From contig JALVPN010000048.1 of NCBI GenBank assembly GCA_027031765.1, forward strand, positions 1 through 6,192: DNA of 6,192 bases, written 5' to 3'. Positions 1 through 6,192 of the stretch are shown one piece after another. The notes beneath the pieces were generated by a model. The model worked only from the letters and a program-made list of their open reading frames with translations, made no database searches and had not been told where the DNA came from. Positions within the stretch are counted from its first letter, which is position 1. Each line of letters begins with the position of its first letter. A program made the position numbers and the translations under genes. Origin of the DNA: Promethearchaeota archaeon (GTDB lineage Archaea > Asgardarchaeota > Thorarchaeia > Thorarchaeales > Thorarchaeaceae).

Positions 1-198
1 CTCCCAGTCCCCCTCGTCCGCCCCCTGTCCCGTTTCTTGCTCTCCGACCTGTTGTTAGTCTTTGCTCTGACCCCACTCAAGTATGCCCATGTATACACAT
101 ATGTTGTTCTCATGTGGCTGGCACGCTATGGGCGCTTCACATCAGTGTCACTATCCGTAGACTGTTTCTTTATGTTCGCACCAGACCTATACCCGTCC

Positions 199-492
199 CT
201 ATATCTCAATACCGAAGGCCTCAGAGAACTTCTCTACCTTTGTGAACTCCCTGAGGAACTCACGTCCCCTGTCCGTCAGGAGGAAAACCCTGCTACTACC
301 CCCTTCCTCGACCGCACACACAAGCCCCTTCTCAATCAACTCCTCTAGGTACTGCGTGAGCCTGTCGTGTGACAGGTTTGCTGCATACAGTATCTTTGTG
401 GGCCCGGCCCCGTCGTCGCCCTCCTGTTGTATGGCACGCATCATGTCCACTAGGATGCGCACCTTTGAGCGGTAGGAGCGTCGTCGTTTCAA
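199..492 (-). CDS. Small winged helix-turn-helix DNA-binding protein, archaeal predicted transcriptional regulator (COG3432 / HTH_45-like)
   Basis: 97 aa with the family pattern RSKVRILVDMM...GPTKILYAANLSHDRLTQYLEELIEKGLV...FLLTDRGREFL (helix, HTH, wing, LTxKG-like end). The start is TTG (490-492), overlapping the upstream TGA (489-491). The later ATGATG would cut off the conserved RSxxxIxxD helix. Stop is TAG at 199-201. Family assigned by motif recognition, not a search. Confidence 0.88.
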   Translation of the reverse strand: MKRRRSYRSKVRILVDMMRAIQQEGDDGAGPTKILYAANLSHDRLTQYLEELIEKGLVCAVEEGGSSRVFLLTDRGREFLREFTKVEKFSEAFGIEI

Positions 493-1115
493 TCTACTTG
501 GCCCACCCTGACCAACATCACGAGAAGGGACAATAGGCCACCAAACTGGAACACCTGGTGCATCATGTATCCGCGCGCTGGGTTGTTTGATAAGATCAGT
601 GTCAGGTGTCCCAGTAGGAGGAGGCTGAAGCCGACAAGCACGTACAGCGCGTATTTTGTGCGCACTGCAAGATAGTTCAGTATGGACTGCAGCACCACGA
701 CTATCAGTATGATTACTGCAACTATCTCAAGGCGAGAATCCAACAGTGCTGGCAAGGCAAGCAGCACAGTGGGCTGGGGTCTGGTCGATGAGGCAGCTGG
801 TCTGGTCGAGAATGCAAACAACACGTATGCCATGATTTTCATGACACCATATGCTATTGTGACCACTGCCATCAGTGTCTGTGCTGTTTCTGACCCCTCA
901 GTGCCCCCGCCTCTCAGTACGAAGAAGTATATGGTGCCGATGACACGACCAAACATCGCAGCTGAGAGTACGAGGAACCCTGTCGAGAGGTCTGAGAGGC
1001 GACTCTCCCCTGTTAGTTTCAAGGCACCATGGGCAAAATGGGATATCAGTAGTGCCACTGTTCCACCAATCGTTTCGAGTAGCAGGTCCAACCGTATCAT
1101 CGACAGTGTCTGCAT
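489..1115 (-). CDS. Hypothetical polytopic membrane protein (about 6 TM helices)
   Basis: 208-aa ATG-started ORF with several ~20-residue hydrophobic segments and a polar Pro/Ser/Thr linker (STRPAASSTRPQP) mid-protein. Its stop overlaps the start of the wHTH gene, implying an operon. Confidence 0.82.
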   Translation of the reverse strand: MQTLSMIRLDLLLETIGGTVALLISHFAHGALKLTGESRLSDLSTGFLVLSAAMFGRVIGTIYFFVLRGGGTEGSETAQTLMAVVTIAYGVMKIMAYVLFAFSTRPAASSTRPQPTVLLALPALLDSRLEIVAVIILIVVVLQSILNYLAVRTKYALYVLVGFSLLLLGHLTLILSNNPARGYMMHQVFQFGGLLSLLVMLVRVGQVD

Positions 1116-1277
1116 TTTCTAGCGCCTGTCCATGCTGCTGTCGGCCGTCGTAGGACATCACTAATGATGGGCCGCAAGTGCTTTTGACTGAATCTAGGAC
1201 TAACCCCCTCTCCCCTTATTTTTGGTACACGTACCAATCATCTAGATGATTCATACATATCAATTGTTCATCCCTCA

Positions 1278-1283
1278 TTTATA
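1278..1283 (+). promoter_or_regulatory. Candidate archaeal TATA box (TTTATA) for the 1311-1865 gene
   Basis: TTTATA lies 27 nt before ATG 1311, the spacing expected for a leaderless or near-leaderless archaeal transcript. No clear purine-rich BRE is seen. Confidence 0.45.
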
Positions 1284-1310
1284 CTATCTGTGGCATTGTA
1301 ATTATTGGAA

Positions 1311-1865
1311 ATGACCATGAACAGGCGGCAGTTCTTGCTGGTTGCAGTCGTCGCATCTCTGGCCTCTCTTCTTGTGCTCCCCCTCATGGCCCCCGGCGCG
1401 ACCGCCGCAGAAGTGGGGTCGTCCCTCACAGCCAGTTCGGTCGAGCCCGGCCAGCCTTTTGAGATTCATGCGCGCGGCACTGCAAGCGTTGAGGATGTCC
1501 CTGACGGGCCAAATGCTCTCACCCGTATGCACTTGGTATTCACAGTCGTTTCCACAGAAACGGGCCGTGTAGTGCTGGCCGTACAGTCCGGCAGGGTGGT
1601 GCTGAATGACACGGGATACATTGTTTCCTGTGGTCGAGGTGTTGCTGCCCGGCTGCGGAGTGGCAGGTTCGAGGGTTCCATTGGGTTCGGTTTCAGGGTC
1701 AACCTGACCAGTCCTGATGGTCATCCAGCAAGGATGTTGTTGCGTGGCGTCATAGTCCGGAATGGGGACGGCCACCCACGTGTTGGGTTCCGTGCCCGTC
1801 TGGATGATGGTGTTCTCACATGGCAGGTCAGACTGCTTGCGCGCACCCACAGAGTCCAGTCATGA
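1311..1865 (+). CDS. Hypothetical secreted/surface protein with N-terminal signal peptide (twin-arginine-like RRQFL)
   Basis: MTMNRRQFLL n-region, hydrophobic h-region (LVAVVASLASLLVLPLM) and an A-x-A-type site (GATAA|E). The mature part alternates beta-strand-like and Gly-turn segments and has two N-glycosylation sequons (NDT, NLT). Start may be ATG 1311 or 1317; TTG 1305 is less likely. Confidence 0.75.
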   Translation: MTMNRRQFLLVAVVASLASLLVLPLMAPGATAAEVGSSLTASSVEPGQPFEIHARGTASVEDVPDGPNALTRMHLVFTVVSTETGRVVLAVQSGRVVLNDTGYIVSCGRGVAARLRSGRFEGSIGFGFRVNLTSPDGHPARMLLRGVIVRNGDGHPRVGFRARLDDGVLTWQVRLLARTHRVQS

Positions 1866-1888
1866 TGGAAGAAACCGAGTGGCTGCGG

Positions 1889-1958
1889 GTCGTGACGTGA
1901 AGAGATCACGCACGACAAAGTGGCGGGGCAACCCCCGCCCTTCCATCCCCCTTCTTTG
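1889..1958 (+). terminator. Candidate terminator / 3' UTR structure: two hairpins followed by a pyrimidine tract
   Basis: GTCGTG-A-CGTGA/AGAGA/TCACG-CACGAC (1889-1916) and GGCGGGG/CAAC/CCCCGCC (1922-1939), then CTTCCATCCCCCTTCTTT, starting 24 nt after the stop at 1865. Confidence 0.35.
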
Positions 1959-2151
1959 ATTGTTCATGACCGTGTTGTATGGGGGCTGTTGTTCGCTCCC
2001 CCGGCCCGGCAGGTATCTTGTTTCCATGCCCCTCTCCATGTCACAGTCGTCCAGTACTCTGCAACAGAGTCGCAGGCCGAGTTGGAAATGTTGATATCCA
2101 CACTGGTGTTTCGTCACTGGCACTACTCCCAACGAGTTGGAGACCTGCCTG

Positions 2152-4770
2152 ATGCCCGATTTTGATGACTATCTGATGGACCTCATGCTTGGCAACCTGC
2201 ATGAGGCGGAACGGTCGCTGACTGCTGACCGTGAGGACTTCACGTTTCCCACTGCCCGTCCACAGTGGGCCCCGCCCCGTCACTTTGAGGTCGAACATGT
2301 CCTCCTCAACTGGCGGGTGGACCTCAGCTCCCGGAGGATTGATGCGAGCGCCAAGCTCCGTATCCGCTCAATCCGGCCCGGACTGGTGACCGTCCGGCTC
2401 CATGCGGCCGAACTCGACATTGTTTCGGTCAGGGGTGGGAGTGGCCAGGATTTGATGTTCGAGATGCACCCCGAAGAAGAGTCGATGACCGTGTCATTGG
2501 CACGACCGCTCAATGAGGGCTCGACCGGGGACATCCTGTTCGAGTACCGCATCGTAGAACCGCGTGCCGGCGTGTTCTTCACCGGCCCATGCCCCGAGTT
2601 CCCTGAGACCGAGCTCAGCATGTGGACACAGTTCCAAGACGACTATGCCCGATATGCGTTCCCCATCTACGACAACCCGAGCCACAAGTTCACGGCCGAG
2701 GTCTCCATCACGGTACCCCTAGGGTACTGGGCAATCAGCAACGGTCACCTCAAGGAGCGTACTGAGAACGACGATGGTACTGTGACCTTCCACTGGGTGC
2801 AAGACCGTCCAGTGCCGGCATATCTGATCAGTGCGTGGGTCAGTGAGGCCGAAGAGTATTGTGATGACCTCGATGACCTCCAGGTACGGTACTACGCACA
2901 CCCAAAGTGGGACCGTGAAACAGTCTTCCGTTCATTTGGCAAGACCCCTGCAATGATCCGCTTCTTCGAGGAGAAGCTGGGTGTGAAGTTTCCCTGGGCA
3001 AAGTATGCGCAGGTCACCGCTGCAAACTTCATCTTCGGTGGGATGGAGAACGTGAGTGCCACCACCCAGACGGATGCGACACTGCATGATGAGAAGGCCC
3101 ACTTGGACTTCGACTCCGATGGCCTGGTCAGCCACGAGCTCGCTCACCAGTGGGGTGGCGACCTTGTCACCTGCAGGACATGGAGTCATGGCTGGCTCAA
3201 CGAGGGGTGGGCCACCCAGATGCAGAACGAGTGGAAGCGGCACGACAAGGGCGATGACGAGTACCTGTACGAACAGTACCAGAAGCAGGTCTCCTATTTC
3301 CGGGAGGACAAGGAACGGTACCGCCGGCCAGTCGTCTGCAACACTTGGGAACGGGGATCTGATGTCTTTGACAGCCACCTGTACCCCGGCGGGGCCTGGA
3401 GGTACTACATGCTCAAGCACCTCGTTGGGGAACGCCGCTGGTGGCATGTCCTTGGAGAGTACCTGCGCAAGTACTCGTTCAAGTCGGTATATACTCACGA
3501 CCTCGAACGCACGTTCACCGAGATTACTGGTGAGGACTTTGGCTGGTTCTTCGAGCAGTGGCTGTACAAGGCCGGGTACCCGGAGTGCAAAATAAAGTGC
3601 ACCTATGACGAGGACGCGTCGCTCGTCCATGTGCGGGTCGAACAGACACAGAAGCACGATGATGGGATGACCCCCGAGGTGTTCCGGTTCCCGCTGACCG
3701 TGGAGATAGTGCACAGCGACGGAACCCGCGAACGACATACGACCCAGGCCTGTGAGCGCGTACACGACTTCTACTACCCTGCACCAGGACGCCCGTCCCA
3801 GATTGTGATTGACCCTGACTACGCAGTGCTGATGGACTGGGACATCGACAAGCCCGAGGACATGTGGACTGAACAGTTGAAGAAGGGCACGAATGTAGTC
3901 CAGAGGATAAAGGCCGCTCAGGCCCTCGCAAAGAAGCCCACTCCCGCCGCCCTCAAGGCCCTCGGGGATGCACTGGTCAACGACCCGTTCTGGGGTGTGC
4001 AGGTCGAGGTCGCAAAGGCCCTCGGCTCCGTAAAGACACGGTCCGCACTGGAACAACTACTCCGCGGTATCGGACTACCAAGTTCGCGTGCCCGCACCGG
4101 TGTGGCAAGGGCTCTCGGCGAGTTCTATCAGGAGGAGCAGGCCTTTGAGGCGCTCATGCAACTGCTGCACGACACTGAGAGTTACTTTGTACCGGCTGCT
4201 GCAGCACATGCACTCGGCAAGATTCAGCACGGACGCTCCTTCGAGGTCCTTATTGACGGGCTAGCGTCGGTCAGGCCGAGCTGGCACCACATCATCAAAC
4301 AGGGCTACCTGCAGGGCATCGCCGCGACAGAGAAGGAAGAGGCCATCCCGGTACTACTTGACCACCTCAAGGCCGGTCAGCCCGACGAGCTCCGGAGGGT
4401 CATCCCCATGTTGCTCGCAAAGCTCGGCAGGCGCTACAAGGACAACCACCCGGAGGTCAAGGATGTGCTGGTCCGCCTGATTGATGACCGCTCATTCAGG
4501 GTGCGAGCAGCCGCACTCCTCGCCGCAAAGGAGTACGAAGACCCATCTCTGGTGTCGTCCCTCCAGAGAGTCGCTGCAGCCGAGGTCGAGGGACGTTTTG
4601 TACGCCTCTCACGAGAAGCGATACGTTCCCTCTCAAAGAAGCGTGAGAAGGTGGAGGTCGAGTCCCTGCGTAAGACCGTGGAAGACCTGGAGAAGGAGAC
4701 CCGTGAACTCAAGGACCGCCTTGCACGCCTTGAGTTTCTGGTCAGACAGGATGAGGGCACAGACGACTAG
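2152..4770 (+). CDS. pepN: M1-family zinc aminopeptidase (aminopeptidase N-like) with C-terminal HEAT repeats and coiled coil
   Basis: GGMEN exopeptidase motif (3037-3051); HELAH (3133-3147) followed by 18 residues and E of NEG (3202-3204), giving HEXXH-X18-E; downstream FDSHLY with the likely transition-state Tyr. HEAT-like repeats (RIKAAQAL, VQVEVAKALG, ARTGVARALG, VPAAAAHALG, VRAAALLA) follow. ATG 2152 is preferred over the in-frame TTG 2137. Confidence 0.95.
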   Translation: MPDFDDYLMDLMLGNLHEAERSLTADREDFTFPTARPQWAPPRHFEVEHVLLNWRVDLSSRRIDASAKLRIRSIRPGLVTVRLHAAELDIVSVRGGSGQDLMFEMHPEEESMTVSLARPLNEGSTGDILFEYRIVEPRAGVFFTGPCPEFPETELSMWTQFQDDYARYAFPIYDNPSHKFTAEVSITVPLGYWAISNGHLKERTENDDGTVTFHWVQDRPVPAYLISAWVSEAEEYCDDLDDLQVRYYAHPKWDRETVFRSFGKTPAMIRFFEEKLGVKFPWAKYAQVTAANFIFGGMENVSATTQTDATLHDEKAHLDFDSDGLVSHELAHQWGGDLVTCRTWSHGWLNEGWATQMQNEWKRHDKGDDEYLYEQYQKQVSYFREDKERYRRPVVCNTWERGSDVFDSHLYPGGAWRYYMLKHLVGERRWWHVLGEYLRKYSFKSVYTHDLERTFTEITGEDFGWFFEQWLYKAGYPECKIKCTYDEDASLVHVRVEQTQKHDDGMTPEVFRFPLTVEIVHSDGTRERHTTQACERVHDFYYPAPGRPSQIVIDPDYAVLMDWDIDKPEDMWTEQLKKGTNVVQRIKAAQALAKKPTPAALKALGDALVNDPFWGVQVEVAKALGSVKTRSALEQLLRGIGLPSSRARTGVARALGEFYQEEQAFEALMQLLHDTESYFVPAAAAHALGKIQHGRSFEVLIDGLASVRPSWHHIIKQGYLQGIAATEKEEAIPVLLDHLKAGQPDELRRVIPMLLAKLGRRYKDNHPEVKDVLVRLIDDRSFRVRAAALLAAKEYEDPSLVSSLQRVAAAEVEGRFVRLSREAIRSLSKKREKVEVESLRKTVEDLEKETRELKDRLARLEFLVRQDEGTDD

Positions 4771-4886
4771 CATCCATACCGGCCACTGGGGGCTGTATCT
4801 CCCGTCCCAGTCCCGTACTGCCCTTCTCTGTGCCCCATCTTTGATACCGTCCGTCACGCTCGGGGGGAGCACCTTACCGCCCCTTG

Positions 4887-4900
4887 GAAACGTTTTTATT
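4887..4900 (+). promoter_or_regulatory. Candidate BRE/TATA promoter for the rRNA transcription unit
   Basis: GAAACG (purine-rich, BRE-like) followed by TTTTTATT is the only AT-rich box in the GC-rich 4771-5217 spacer. It would put the TSS near 4920-4927, about 290 nt before the mature 16S. Confidence 0.45.
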
Positions 4901-4920
4901 CGGATGCACCACTTCTTCTA

Positions 4921-5217
4921 CTGCTTCGCGTCTATCGGTGCCATGTCGGATGCCGTAGGCTTGTGCCCAGCAATGATGACGGTGGCTTCCGGGCGCGAGT
5001 ACAAAATGCGGACGCAAGAAAGACCAGCACTACAACGTGTGTGTTGGGAGCACCTTGCGCCTAAGATAGGCTCAACAGCGTGCGGAAGTGGGTAGGCTCT
5101 TCCCTGCCATCCGTTGACGCTGTACTTCACCAAGCAAGCTCAAGTGTGCATGTATCGTGTGTGCGTGACTGATCCAACGTCAGTCCTCCTCCTTGCCGGA
5201 CACACATGAGGCGATCA
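4921..5217 (+). other. Probable 5' external transcribed spacer (leader) of the pre-16S rRNA
   Basis: Non-coding stretch directly before the 16S with several stems: 4940-4950/4975-4986, CCAGCAC/GTGTTGG (5024-5047), GACTGA/TCAGTC (5167-5185) and CGTGTGTG/CACACATG (5156-5163/5201-5208). The partner strand of the processing stem would lie beyond the window. Confidence 0.55.

Positions 5218-6192
<975 letters not shown>

Noticed and set aside
37-1161. ORFs 37-348(+), 242-475(+), 682-1122(+) and 898-1161(-)
   Set aside because: Antisense or out-of-frame shadows of the wHTH and membrane-protein genes, with Ser/Thr-rich or random-looking composition.
1863-1900. Selenocysteine readthrough of the TGA at 1863-1865 with the downstream hairpin as SECIS
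   Set aside because: Readthrough adds only WKKPSGCGS before two more TGAs and gives no selenoprotein motif. The hairpin lacks the SECIS non-Watson-Crick quartet with an apical AA.
1302-1918. ORFs overlapping the secreted-protein gene (1302-1850(-), 1342-1572(+), 1466-1702(-), 1721-1918(-))
   Set aside because: They lack signal or domain features. The + strand frame has a TATA box, signal peptide and sequons.
2056-2141. Small hairpin ACTCTG/CAGAGT (2056-2070), repeat CGAGTTGGA (2078-2086, 2133-2141) and a weak TTGATAT box before pepN
   Set aside because: Too short or degenerate to distinguish from chance without conservation data.
1860-2298. Small ORFs in the spacer before pepN (1860-2132(-), 1920-2165(+), 2041-2298(-))
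   Set aside because: No recognisable motifs; they cross the hairpin/terminator region and overlap neighbouring genes.
2280-4872. Long antisense and alternative-frame ORFs over pepN (2932-4056(-), 3056-3595(+), 3524-3931(-), 4434-4760(-) and others)
   Set aside because: Shadow ORFs typical of a GC-rich gene with biased codon use; no motifs, and the pepN frame explains the region.
5113-5129. GTTGACGCTGTACTTCA resembles the yeast U3 snoRNA 5' end, and its GTACTTC is complementary to 16S GAAGTAC (6071-6077)
   Set aside because: Many 7-nt complementary matches are expected by chance between a 300-nt leader and a 1-kb rRNA, and no adjacent box A (AGGAUCA) follows.
4481-5133. ORFs 4481-5095(+) and 4918-5133(-) across the pepN end and rRNA leader
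   Set aside because: They overlap pepN out of frame or lie antisense in a structured pre-rRNA leader, with no protein features.
4921-5217. tRNA, SRP RNA or RNase P RNA in the spacer before the 16S
   Set aside because: No cloverleaf or T-loop GTTC motif, no SRP helix-8 (CAGG...GGAA...AGCA) motif and no RNase P GAGGAAAGUCC motif were found.

Overview
Archaeal genomic window, most like TACK/Asgard judging by 16S signatures; the exact lineage cannot be fixed from sequence alone. On the minus strand is a coupled two-gene unit: a polytopic membrane protein (489-1115) and a small COG3432-like winged-helix regulator (199-492). Divergent from it is a probable secreted protein with a twin-arginine-like signal (1311-1865). 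Next is an intact M1-family zinc aminopeptidase with HEAT repeats and a C-terminal coiled coil (2152-4770). A structured ~300-nt rRNA leader follows, then the 5' ~60% of a divergent 16S rRNA gene (~5218 to window end). The standout feature is a 45-nt hairpin intron (6093-6137) in the 16S at E. coli-equivalent position 908, bounded by a perfect bulge-helix-bulge splice motif. Lesser signals are a C/D-type kink-turn in the pre-rRNA leader, two abutting palindromes in the divergent promoter region, and mismatches to common archaeal 16S primers.
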